Shown: positions 12,615 through 23,150 of the stretch, one piece after another
Layout: each line of letters opens with the position of its first letter
Position numbering within the stretch: the stretch's first letter is position 1
Assembly: GCA_035084275.1 (NCBI GenBank)
Contig: CM068771.1
Coordinates: forward strand, 4,278,001 to 4,342,000
Length of the DNA: 64,000 bases
Direction of reading: 5' to 3'
From: Hydrolagus colliei
Taxonomy: Eukaryota
Notes under the pieces: generated by a model
The model's input: only the letters and a program-made list of their open reading frames with translations
Told to the model about the DNA's origin: nothing
The model's database searches: none
Program-made: the position numbers and the translations under genes

Positions 12615-13608
12615 TCAGGAGGAAAACACTGAGTCACTGACTAGGTTCACAGGTTGGTGGAGTGGGGCTGGGGTGGGGGGGGAGGGAGTTGAGTGGCCAT
12701 TTTAAGATGAGAGTTGGCTTTGGGTCAGTATCAATGGGGGGGGGGGGGAATCCATCGCCTTGGCAACCAACCGCTGACAGGGTGTTAGAGCGGCAAGAGG
12801 GCCCCATGTGTTGCGGTTGCTGGGAGGACTGACTGAGGTCCTCCTCATGGCTTTCCCTCCCATCTCTCATTAAATGGGGGGCGAGATAGGGACTGAGCCC
12901 CCACCAGCCCTCACCACCCACCGTCTATTTGACTGTTGTAACCACGAGGTTTGGATGGAGCCGAGTGTTTGATTCTGGGCTTTTCCCCCAGTTTTGAGCT
13001 GAGTCTGAGACAGGAATCAATTACAATGAAAACTTCATCACCAGCTGGTCTCTGGGCTTGTGCTGAGAGAATCTGAGCTTCCATCAGTGTGTGAGCTCAC
13101 ACGGTCTGAGACAGGGATATCGGCTGATATCTTCCTCTCCAGCAATGCCCAGTCTCACAGTCGGGGGCTGGGCTCAGAATCTCACTGAAATCTCCCAAAT
13201 CACTTTAGTGTCTATAAACAAGGTGACACATTCTACTCTAGCGTCAGCCTCGTCTCACTGTGTATAAACAATGTGTAATGTGTATTTTCAGTGACTACTT
13301 TTATAATCTGTGTAACATTTCTCATTGTAACAATCAGTCAAGAAGCTTCACCTTCAACCCTCATTAAACCAATGTCCCGTGTGTGTCAAGTCAACTTGAT
13401 ATTATTATAGAAAATATTTTGCAAAATACAAGATCAATTAACACTAAATCATGTTATGTCATTATTTTATGCCCAATGATTGTACACAATCTACACACAC
13501 TCCTCCCCCTCCCTCTCCCTCTCCCATCCCCACCACCCCCGAAACACTCAGACACTGATACACACACCACTGACCATCAACCCCTGATACAAGAACACCA
13601 ACAAGTTA

Positions 13609-14124
13609 CAGGTAGACCCCACTTAACATCGCCTCGGTTAACATACTTTCGTTATTACATTGCTGATACATTGGAAACACACAAATATCCCTCCCCGACC
13701 GTGGAGGATACGTTCCTGAACCCCCCCCCCCAAGTGATTAGTAAAACCGTGGTTGGCAAATACAAGGCCAACCGCGTGTCTGGTTGATGTAACTGGGTCA
13801 TCGCACCAAACTCTAGTGTTAGTGTTGAAACCCATGGATGCGCAAAATTCACTGCCGCGGTTGGCAAAGGTTGTCGCAGAGAGGAAACCACGGATACGGA
13901 GTGGGCAGCGAGAGAGATCATCAGTGAGTGAGTGAGCCAGGAAGGCAGTCAGGGAGTGAGTGTAATGGGTTTGTTTTTAGAAATTTTTGACGAAAAATGT
14001 CCAAAAGAACCTAAATCCAGTTTTAACATTCATTCTTATGGGAAACATGTAATCACTTAACGTTGTTTCGCTTAAAGTCGCACTTTTCAAGAACCAAACT
14101 ACGATGTTAAGCGGGGTCTACCTG
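13609..14124. mobile_element. Tc1/pogo (Tigger-like) MITE (paralog 62853-63377)
   Basis: TIR CAGGTAGACCCCACTTAACATCG / CGATGTTAAGCGGGGTCTACCTG flanked by TA. Confidence 0.88.
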
Positions 14125-14534
14125 TACATTTTCACAGCATCTTTCATGTCAGGAGGACGTCCCTAGGCGCTGACAATCAGGGATCCCCACCTGATCTGGT
14201 GTTTGGGATCAGGAGGGGTGGAGGACAGGGAGGGGAGGGTAAGAGGTTTACCAATGGCACGGTTGAATAGGGGGGTCTTCAGATGCGGCTTGAAGGAAGC
14301 AATGGAGGGCGTGAGGTGGAGAGACTGAGGGTGCGTGCAGAGAGGTTGATAGTTCACCTGCCAATGAGAGGGCGGAGCAGTTGATCGAGTTGTTATTACT
14401 GTATCATTGTCTTCAAGCCACTTGTGCACTTCTTATGAAGCTTTGCCTGATTTTCTGCTGTTTCCCACCCTTTTCCCCCCAAATGTCAGTTCACATTACA
14501 AACCGTTTGATTTGTATTTCTAACTAACCCCGGC

Positions 14535-16115
14535 ACTTTCTGGAAGTTTATTTGATTTTTTAAGCTTTTTTCCAGCACTTTCTAGAAGTTGATCACCAGT
14601 AGGCACCTTCACGTGAACGTTTGGCTAATTTCCATCCGCACTTCCATCTTGAAACATCCGTTGATTTGCATAAATTTCACACATGTTCACATTGAAATAA
14701 TAATAACTTCACATTAACTTACGTTCAACGTCAAGGTGTTTTGGACAATTTTAATGAAGATTTGGCTGATTTCCAGCTGTGTCTAAAAACGTTCCCAAAA
14801 TTTCAACAAATATTCAGAACAATTTGATCTGAATTTCCAGTTTATTAGAGCACTTTCCAGGAGTTTCAGCGAATTTTCAGCTGTTTTTCCAGCACTTTCT
14901 AGAAGTTACAGTAGTCATCAGTAGTGCCCAGCCCACTTTCATGTGAACTTTTGGCTCATTTCCAGCTGCATATTTTTTAAATATGTGTTGATTTCCATCA
15001 ATTTAGCACATTTCAATTCATTTTACAGTATATTCTGTGAAGCGCTTTGTTACGTCGATAAGACATGAAAAAGCGCTGTATCAAATGCAAGGATTATTAT
15101 TATTATTTTTATATTAAACTTACATTCGACTTCAAGATGTTTGTTACCCATTTATATTACCCATTTCTGACGCATAATGAATATCTGTCTGATTTCCCAA
15201 AGTGTCTTAACACTTTCTCCAAGTTTCAACAAAAGTTCCAAGCAATTTCCCTCTTTTCCCCCCTTTCTCCCTTGACCCCACTTCCGTGACTGTTTGTCGG
15301 ACGCTGCCGTGCGCAGTTTGGCTGCCACGTTTCGCCCACAAATATAGTCAATTCTCCTCTCCTTCATCCTACCCCAACCCCTCCCCGCCTTCTCTTGTCC
15401 CTACCTGACTGTACAGCGCCTTGGGATGTCCTCTCAATGTGAAAGGCGCCACGTAAATGTAAGTTTTGATTGATTGATTGATTGTTTGTTTGATTGATTG
15501 ATTGATTGATGGATCAATCAATCAATCGAATGAATGAATGAATGTCCAATGGTTTCCAGAACTTTCTAGAAGCTTTAACACATTTTCAGCTGTTTTTCCA
15601 TCACTTTCTAGAAGTTACAGTAGTCACCAGTAGTGCCCAGCCCACTTTCACATGAACTTTTGGCTCATTTCCAGCTGTACATTCTTGAAATATCTGCTGA
15701 TTTCCATTAATTTAGCACATTTCAATTCACTTTACAGTACATTCTGTGAAGCGCTTTGTGACGTCGATAAGATGTGAAAAAGCACCAGATCAAATGCGAG
15801 GATTATTATTATTATTTTCATATTAAGATAATAATTACAACTTCACGCAAACTTACATTCGACTTCAAGATGTTTTTGACACATTTACACATTTACATTG
15901 CACATAATGAATCTCTGGCTGATTTCCCAAAGTGTCTTAACTCTTTCCCCAGTTTCAACAAAAGTTCCAAGCAATTTTATCTGAACGCCCGATGGTTTCC
16001 AGAACTCTCCGGAAGCTTTCGCACACATCCAGCACTTTCCAGAAGCTACCGGCCGCGCCTGGTAATTTCGCATGAACCTCTGGCACGTGGCCAGCTGATC
16101 GTTCTGGAAGTTTAA
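14535..16115 (+). promoter_or_regulatory. Distal array of heat-shock elements upstream of hsp70 copy 1
   Basis: About 9 nTTCnnGAAn sites. Best are TTCcaGAActTTCtaGAAgcTTT (15553-15577) and TTCcaGAActCTCcgGAAgcTTT (15996-16020). Confidence 0.8.
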
Positions 16116-16316
16116 CCCGATTCCCGTTGATCCCGGACGTCTCCGCACAATCACAACAACAACAACAATAATAATTCCACACGAATTCGCGGTTGATTCC
16201 GGCTGTTTTTCCCGCTAATTTTCAGCAGATTGCCAGCAGTTTGGAGGCATTGTTTTTTTACTGAAGCTTGGGGCTGATTTTGAGGCGTTTGAGCCCCTTT
16301 TCCCTGTTGACCCCCA

Positions 16317-16438
16317 CAGGTCTGAGCCCCTCCCCCAGTTCTGAGCCCCTCCCCCAGGTCTGAGCCCCTCCCCCAGGTCTGAGCCCCTCCCCCAGGTCTG
16401 AGCCCCTCCCCCAGGTCTGAGCCCCGCCCCCAGGTCAG
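16317..16438. repeat. 19-bp tandem repeat (CAGGTCTGAGCCCCTCCCC)x6 in the hsp70 promoter (paralog 40160-40281)
   Basis: Six units in each copy. Confidence 0.9.
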
Positions 16439-16496
16439 ATCTCCCAGAGCTGGGAATGAAGTTCCTCTGATTTCCAGCTGTTTCTGGACTGGGTTC

Positions 16497-16690
16497 CTTC
16501 CTGAAGTCTCCACAACGTTCCACGCGCTCCGATTGGCGGCCGACCAGGAAGCGGCCCGGGGCGTCCTCTTTGTGACATCACCTTGACGCCCTCTGATTGG
16601 CCCCCCTCCACCCCCCCGAGGCCGCTAGGCCCCGCCCACAACCAAGAAACCAGCCTTTATATACAGGGCGAGGAGTGAAGCCAGGCTCAG
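16497..16690 (+). promoter_or_regulatory. hsp70 core promoter (paralog about 40340-40540)
   Basis: HSE-like TTCctGAAgtCTC 16498-16510; inverted CCAAT boxes (ATTGG about 16532 and 16596); GC box CCCCGCCC about 16630; TATATA 16658-16663 (40508-40513 in copy 2). Confidence 0.8.
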
Positions 16691-16915
16691 ACACTGAGAC
16701 AGACTGAGAGTCAGACTGACACTGAGACAGACTGACACTGAGACAGACTGACACTGAGACAGGCTGACACTGAGACAGACTGACACTGAGACAGACTGAC
16801 ACTGAGACAGACTGACACTGAGACAGACTGACACTGAGACAGACTGACACTGAGACAGACTGACACTGAGACAGACTGAGAGTCAGACTGACACTGAGAC
16901 AGACTGACACTGAGA
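16689..16915 (+). repeat. 16-bp tandem repeat (AGACTGACACTGAGAC)n at the start of the hsp70 5' UTR, about 14 units
   Basis: Directly visible. Copy 2 (about 40539-40685) is 80 bp, or 5 units, shorter. Confidence 0.9.
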
Positions 16916-17124
16916 GGGGCTGAGAGACTGAAAGCCTGAGAAACAAGAAGGGAGAGCGAGAGAAAGAAGAGAGAGAGCGAAGGACGGAGCTACAAGAAGA
17001 AGACATAAAGAGGAAAACACCTTCGCGGCGACTTCAGTCCAAGACTCACTGACATTGGGACAGCGATTCGGAGCCAAAGGATCTAAGTCACGTACAGACG
17101 CGCTCACGTACAGACGGCAGGACA

Positions 17125-18978
17125 ATGGCCCCAGCGATTGGCATCGACCTGGGCACCACCTACTCGTGTGTGGGTGTGTTCCAGCACGGCAAGGTGGAGA
17201 TCATCGCCAACGACCAGGGCAACCGCACCACACCCAGCTACGTGGCCTTCAACGACACCGAGAGGCTGATCGGCGAAGCCGCCAAGAACCAAGCAGCCCT
17301 CAACCCCCCCAACACCGTCTTCGATGCCAAGAGGCTGATCGGGAGGAAGTTCGATGACCCTGTGGTGCAGGCGGACATGAAGCACTGGCCTTTCCAGGTG
17401 GTGAGCCAGGGGGGCAAGCCCAAGGTGCAGGTTGAGTACAAGGGAGAGTCCAAGACGTTCAACCCCGAAGAGATCTCGTCCATGGTTCTGACCAAGATGA
17501 AGGAGATCGCCGAGGCTTATCTGGGCTCCAGAGTCACCAACGCTGTCATCACGGTGCCCGCTTACTTCAACGACTCCCAGCGCCAGGCCACCAAAGACGC
17601 CGGGATGATCGCGGGGCTCAACGTCCTTCGCATCATTAATGAACCCACGGCAGCCGCCATCGCCTACGGTCTGGACAAGAAGGGCCAGGGGGAGAAGAAC
17701 GTCCTGATCTTTGACCTGGGTGGAGGCACCTTCGACGTGTCCATCCTCGCCATCGACGGCGGGATCTTTGAGGTCAAATCCACAGCCGGTGACACCCACC
17801 TGGGGGGCGAGGACTTTGACAGCCGTATGGTCGACCACTTCATCCAGGAGTTCAAGAGGAAAAACAAGAGGGACATCAGCCAGAACAAGAGAGCAGTCAG
17901 GAGGCTGAGGACAGCCTGCGAGAGAGCAAAGAGGACTCTGTCTTCAAGCACCCAAGCCAGCATTGAGATCGACTCACTGTTTGAGGGAATTGACTTCTAC
18001 ACCTCCATCACCAGGGCACGGTTTGAGGAGCTCAATGGAGACCTGTTCAGAGGAACCCTGGAGCCAGTGGAGAAAGCGTTGACAGACGCCAAGCTGGACA
18101 AGTCTCAGATCCACGAAGTTGTCCTCGTCGGTGGCTCCACTCGCATCCCGAAGATCCAGAAGCTTCTACAGGATTTCTTCAACGGCCGAGAGCTGAACAA
18201 GAGCATCAACCCGGATGAGGCAGTGGCCTACGGGGCAGCTGTGCAAGCCGCCATCTTGATGGGCGACAAGTCTGAGAATGTGCAGGATCTGCTCCTGCTG
18301 GACGTGACTCCTCTGTCCCTGGGTCTGGAGACAGCGGGAGGCGTCATGACCTCCCTCATCAAGAGAAACTCAACCATACCCTCCAAACAGACCCAGGTCT
18401 TCACCACCTACTCCGACAACCAGTCCGGTGTCTTGGTGCAAGTCTACGAGGGCGAGAGAGCCATGACCAAGGACAACAACCTCCTGGGCAAGTTTGAGCT
18501 GAGTGGAATCCCCCCGGCTCCCCGCGGGGTCCCGCAGATCCAGGTTACCTTCGACATCGATGCCAACGGCATCCTTAGTGTCTCGGCCGCTGACAAGAGC
18601 ACTGGTAATGAGAACAAGATCACCATCACCAACGAGAAGGGCCGGCTGAGCAAGGAGGAGATCGAGAGGATGGTGCAGGAGGCTGAGAGGTACAAGGCGG
18701 ATGATGAGACGCAGCGGGAGAGGGTGATGGCCAAGAACAAGCTGGAGTCATTCGTCTACACAGCCAAATGTGCGATGGAGGACAAGAGCATGGAGGGCAA
18801 GGTGGGAGAGGAGGACAGGCGGCAGGTGCTGGACAAGTGCAAACAGGTCATCAACTGGCTGGATGGAAACCAGACAGCGGAGAAGGAAGAGTTTGAGCAC
18901 CAGCTGAAGGAGCTGGAGAGGGTGTGCAGTCCTGTCATGGCCAGGCTGAGGCAGGGAGGGGCAGAGGGCGGTCAGTGA
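17125..18978 (+). CDS. hsp70: Intronless heat-inducible cytosolic Hsp70, copy 1; 617 aa to TGA, 634 aa if read through to TAA at 19029
   Basis: Signatures [22 protein letters not shown] and [14 protein letters not shown]; no introns; upstream TATA, CCAAT and HSEs. Confidence 0.97.
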   Translation: MAPAIGIDLGTTYSCVGVFQHGKVEIIANDQGNRTTPSYVAFNDTERLIGEAAKNQAALNPPNTVFDAKRLIGRKFDDPVVQADMKHWPFQVVSQGGKPKVQVEYKGESKTFNPEEISSMVLTKMKEIAEAYLGSRVTNAVITVPAYFNDSQRQATKDAGMIAGLNVLRIINEPTAAAIAYGLDKKGQGEKNVLIFDLGGGTFDVSILAIDGGIFEVKSTAGDTHLGGEDFDSRMVDHFIQEFKRKNKRDISQNKRAVRRLRTACERAKRTLSSSTQASIEIDSLFEGIDFYTSITRARFEELNGDLFRGTLEPVEKALTDAKLDKSQIHEVVLVGGSTRIPKIQKLLQDFFNGRELNKSINPDEAVAYGAAVQAAILMGDKSENVQDLLLLDVTPLSLGLETAGGVMTSLIKRNSTIPSKQTQVFTTYSDNQSGVLVQVYEGERAMTKDNNLLGKFELSGIPPAPRGVPQIQVTFDIDANGILSVSAADKSTGNENKITITNEKGRLSKEEIERMVQEAERYKADDETQRERVMAKNKLESFVYTAKCAMEDKSMEGKVGEEDRRQVLDKCKQVINWLDGNQTAEKEEFEHQLKELERVCSPVMARLRQGGAEGGQ

Positions 18979-19326
18979 TCAGGCAAGAGCTGCCCATCTA
19001 CCGGCCCAACCGTGGAGGAAGTCGATTAAACGTCAGCCGATGGACTTCCTGCCCCTTTGGCTTTTCTGTACCTGCTCAGGTGTTAACCTTTCCCACCTTC
19101 AGACACTTTGGGATATATGTATAAATGATAAACGTATAGGGCTATGGGTTAAGAGTAAGGGTGTGGGACTGATTGGGTAGATCTTTCAAACAGCCAGCGC
19201 AGATACAATGGGCCTAATGGTCTACTTATTTGCGGTAAGATTGAATGATTCTATGTATATTTTGAACTAATGATCTGCTATGAATGTATGTCACAGCGAC
19301 AGCAGCTGGACTCCGAATTTTATTTT

Positions 19327-19332
19327 ATTAAA
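19327..19332 (+). terminator. Probable hsp70 polyadenylation signal (paralog 43097-43102)
   Basis: ATTAAA preceded by a U-rich tract and followed by a GT-rich stretch. Confidence 0.55.
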
Positions 19333-20353
19333 CTGTTTGTACCCGATGTACTTCTGTGTGTGTGTGTGTGTGAGATTCATACTGGCTCAAACACTGGGGC
19401 CCTCAACTCTGAGTCAGAAGGTTGTGGGTGGAAGCCACACACTGGGCCGTGGAACCACAGTCTACCATGACACTTGAATGCAGGCGCTGGGTGGGGAGGG
19501 GGGCGTTGGGTGGGGGAGGGGGAGGGTGGAGTGTGGGGTTTGCGACATCGTCAGAACTGGCATCCTTCAAACGAAACATTAAAGTGAGCTCCCGTCAGCG
19601 CAGTGTTTCACAAACAGTTGTGGATTTCGTGAGCAAATGTTATTATTGTTAAGGGATTGTGACCCCAGTAAAGTGATCGGAAATCGCCCTAGAACTGTGG
19701 TCCTTTTCCCTGCTGGATAAACAGAGGCTTGTGGAATGGCGGTGTTGATGGGGAAACTTCACCCTATTGTTCACAGTAAAACATTAATAATAATCCTGAC
19801 GTTTGAGAAGCACCTTTCGTGTCAGGTGGACATCTCAAAGAGGTTACACCATAAACATAAGAGCTGAGAACTTCTAGGACATGGTTATACAGTAAAATTC
19901 ACATCAGTATTATTGCTAACATCACACCTGGACCCGAGTAAATTTACCTTTCCCTCGTGTCTCCCGATGTAGGTAAGTTAGAGTGCGATATCAGAAACAG
20001 AATCATTTACTGAGGGTTAAATTGACCGGCTGGGTGGATACAATGGACGCCAGTTAAATCGGACACGAAAGGGCCGAGCATTTAATCTGAAATAAGCAGC
20101 TTCTGAGGCTGACCGCTATCGATGTATTAAATCTCATCCTTTGTTTTAACCCAATTACTGACAACATAGTAACGCCAATTACTACAACATATAGCGCCTC
20201 TGACGTCAGGAGGAAGTCCCGAGGCACTGTCACCAATTGCTGATGTGTAAAGCCCTGAACACAATGCTCACTGTCATTTACAAACTAAGAAGGTGATTGA
20301 TACCTTGATAAATAGTGTTCACAGAAAACGGGTAAAAAAAAAGTGACAGAAAT

Positions 20354-21883
20354 TTAAACTTTTTTATTGAAAAGTTCTCTCAAGTCGGACTGTACGAGAT
20401 CAGCGTGGCGTCGCTCTCTGATGCTCGCAACGATGTCGTTAAGTGCGTTCGAAAACTTGTTGTAGAGTCCGCTCTTTAGTAAGAAGCGTTCAGCCTCTCG
20501 CAGGCCAGTCAGAGCTGTGCTGGCTGTCACAGGCGAGGCCCCATTGTCCTCAGAGTCGCTGTCGCTGCTGTTCTCGACTAGTAGGCGCTCGGCGGCAACA
20601 GCTTCGGCCACGATATTCTCCTGACCTTGCGGATCACGGCAAGGTAGATCAGAGTCAATGTCCAGGAACTGGTCAGCGATCTGCCTCTCGCCCTCGGCCT
20701 CTGTGCTTGTCTTCTCGTCAGCCTCAGCACGGGGAGCAGCGTCACCAGACGCAAACCCTGCCTTTGCGAAGCAATTGGATATCATCGCAGGCTCCATGCT
20801 CTCCCAGGCCCTGGCAGCCATGCCGATGGCATCCAGCAGGCTGATGTGTCTGGCCATCTTTCCCACCGAGGCCTGGGGGATGATGGTGTTGCTGTCAATG
20901 GCGTCGAGGAGGCGATTCCGTAGCTCCTCGCGGTAGGAAAGCTTCAGGTGTCGGATGATTCCTTGACCCATGGGTTGGATCATGGTGGTGTCCGGGGGAA
21001 TCAGCTCCAGGCAGATGTTCTTAAGCGTTGGGACGGTCAGATGACACGGTGCGCTGTCCATGAGAAGAAGAACTTTACGCCCCAGGTTGACCAGCTCTGT
21101 GTCCCACTGCACCAGCCACTCCTTAAATATCGTTCCTGTCATCCACGCCATTTTGTTGGCCTTATAGGTGACAGGCAGAACGGCGCAGTCGACTCCCTGC
21201 ATACAGCGAGGGCGCTGGCTCTTCCCGATGACCAGCAGTTTGCGCCGGTCGCAGCCGGTCATGTGGGCGCAGACCATCAGCGTGACACTGTCCGTCGCTC
21301 CCTTTACACCACTCGGCTCAGTCGGGTGCAAATACGAGCCGTTGGGCACCGCGCGATAGCGCAGCCCCGTTTGCTCCGCGTTGTAGATGGCATCTGGGGC
21401 ATAGGAAGAGAGCAGCACGGTGCGGGAGTTAGCGCCCTCTAGGCCAGCGCTCCTCAGCTTTCCGGGAAACAGCCTGTACACTATGTTGTTACGTGCCTTC
21501 CAGCGGCTAAACCAGCCGTCGGTCACGGTGAACCCCGGCTTCCCGAGCTCGTGCGCCAGGCTCTGCGCCTTGGCTTTGAGGATGGGCCCATTGAGCGGCT
21601 GCCCCTCGGTGGACGCCCTTTGGAACCACAGGAGGAGAGCGAGCTCCACCTGGGGATCTTTGCCTTTGCGATCCCTCTTCTTACGCAGACCCACGTCGCC
21701 CTCGGCCAAGGTGGCCGCTGTCCGGCGTAGCTTCGTCTCACTGGCGACGAGGTCACCCAGCGTCGACTTCTTGACCCCGAGCCTCCTGGCCAGTTCTCGC
21801 AGGGGAGTCCCCCGCGGCTCCAACTTGACCCTGTCTAACACTTCTATCTTCTCCAAAAGTGTCCGGGACATTTTCTTCGACAT
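20354..21883 (-). CDS. Tigger/pogo transposase-derived protein (TIGD-like), copy 1, 509 aa
   Basis: N-terminal HTH, CENP-B/Tc5 HTH (LLLWFQ...GPILKAKA...GWFSRWK) and DDE_1-type core (IYNAEQTGL, KANKMAWMT, LLMDSAPCH, QPMGQG). Single open, CpG-rich exon; Kozak-like GCCATAATG. Confidence 0.88.
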   Translation of the reverse strand: MSKKMSRTLLEKIEVLDRVKLEPRGTPLRELARRLGVKKSTLGDLVASETKLRRTAATLAEGDVGLRKKRDRKGKDPQVELALLLWFQRASTEGQPLNGPILKAKAQSLAHELGKPGFTVTDGWFSRWKARNNIVYRLFPGKLRSAGLEGANSRTVLLSSYAPDAIYNAEQTGLRYRAVPNGSYLHPTEPSGVKGATDSVTLMVCAHMTGCDRRKLLVIGKSQRPRCMQGVDCAVLPVTYKANKMAWMTGTIFKEWLVQWDTELVNLGRKVLLLMDSAPCHLTVPTLKNICLELIPPDTTMIQPMGQGIIRHLKLSYREELRNRLLDAIDSNTIIPQASVGKMARHISLLDAIGMAARAWESMEPAMISNCFAKAGFASGDAAPRAEADEKTSTEAEGERQIADQFLDIDSDLPCRDPQGQENIVAEAVAAERLLVENSSDSDSEDNGASPVTASTALTGLREAERFLLKSGLYNKFSNALNDIVASIRERRHADLVQSDLRELFNKKV

Positions 21884-22580
21884 TATGGCTTCTTATGTGT
21901 TGAGAGGATGACACAAGTTTAACAATAGAAAATAATACTTCCGATGTCTCAAATGGCTTCACAGGTCTTTTTTTTTGGGGGGGGTGGGGTGGGGGGGCGG
22001 GAAGGGAGGAAATGTCTGGTTCATTTCCGTCCGCCGGGAAATGTCCGGGAAGTGTCTGGTTCCTTCCCGAAGCGGTCGATGTCCCGCCCCCTTTCCCCCC
22101 CTCCCGCTGGCTGCTGATTGGCCGCCCCCAGGGAGCTTCAGCGAGTGGCTTAATGGAACAGACCAGGTTTGAGGCAGGAGGAAACACACACACACTTTAT
22201 CTGCCGTGTTAGTATTAGTGCCCAGTCCCTCTTCACAAGTACCACTTTACCCTCTTTTCCCCCTTTCTCCCCCGGCCCCGATTTGGCTGCCGCGTTTCGC
22301 CCACAAACGTACAGTCAATTCTCCTACCCTCCTTCATCCCACCCCGACCCCTCCCCATCACCCCTGCTCTTGTCCCTACCTGTCTGTACAGCTCCTCGGG
22401 ACGTCCCCTCGACGCGAAAGGCGATATATAAACGTACGTTTTGATTGATTTAGTGGATGAAACGTGGCAGCCATTTGCACACGGCAGTGTCCCACAAACA
22501 GCCGTTGATTGGGTGACCCACAATCGAGTAACACGGGCATTCCTACTTACCGCTAGTTAAACAGAGGCATGCGAAGGTAC

Positions 22581-22652
22581 TTCCCTGCCCAGGAATCGAC
22601 TCTGGGTCCTCTCGCTCGAGAGGCGAGAGAGCTAACCACTGAACTGCAAGAC
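22581..22652 (-). pseudogene. tRNA-Glu(CTC)-like pseudogene or isolated SINE head (paralog 46388-46459)
   Basis: Perfect anticodon arm CTCGC-CTCTCGA-GCGAG. D-stem and acceptor stem mispaired; T-loop canonical only in copy 2. Confidence 0.45.
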
Positions 22653-22799
22653 TCCACAAACTCAACGGTGCTCGATTGCCTTTGCAATCTGCACACCAAC
22701 TGATTCACTGGGACTATTTAAGCTGTTGTTGGCTGAATGAGAATATTGGTCATGTATTGCAGAATGCACAGCTTTGAATATACATCTTGAAATACAATA

Positions 22800-23150
22800 A
22801 TAATAATAATAATCCTTGCATTTGACGCAGCGCTTTTCACACTTCATCGTCTTAGAGATTTTTCAAAGCGCTTCACGGAATATACTGTGAAGTGAAGCGA
22901 CTGTATATATTTGTGGGCGAAACGCAGCAGCCAATTGCGCACAGCAGCGTCCCCCACACACAGTCGTGGATTGAAATGACAAATTTCTTTATTGTGTTTA
23001 TTTGGAGGGATTATTATTGTGTGTGTGTGTGTGTCTGTGTGTATGTGTGGAGTAAGGAAACTTGCCCAAGGTTTCGCCCTGACCTGCCTGGATTTGAACA
23101 CAGGTCTCACGCTCGTGAAGGCGAGTGCTCTAACCACTGAGCTACAGGAG
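22800..23150 (-). mobile_element. tRNA-derived DeuSINE-type SINE; others at about 1-250, 1718-1910, 2755-2955, 6890-7178, 29395-29698, 46608-46972, 56335-56637 (all -)
   Basis: A box TAGCTCAGTGG, B box GTTCAAATCC, Deu-like core GCTGTGCGCAATTGGCTGC.GCGTTTC, L2-type tail with (TAT)n. Confidence 0.8.

Noticed and set aside
16574-16600. TGACATCA plus CTGATTGG resembling the MHC X2-Y boxes
   Set aside because: No RFX X1 box and different spacing; an ordinary ATF/CCAAT pair in an hsp70 promoter explains it.
16689-16915. CRISPR-like array
   Set aside because: Eukaryotic sequence; the repeats are contiguous with no unique spacers.
17104-17838. 244-aa antisense ORF and other ORFs overlapping hsp70 and TIGD
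   Set aside because: Shadow ORFs of GC3-rich coding sequence, a well-known feature of hsp70 antisense strands.
18971-19079. Possible 109-nt intron (G|GTCAGT ... CTCAG) removing both the TGA and EEVD
   Set aside because: Sites are only moderate, there is no transcript evidence, and inducible hsp70 mRNAs are normally unspliced. Worth a glance in RNA-seq only.
19886-19900. TA-CAGTAAAATT as the left TIR of an autonomous Tigger containing the TIGD ORF
   Set aside because: Only about 10 nt match the MITE TIR and no partner end is found beyond 21883.
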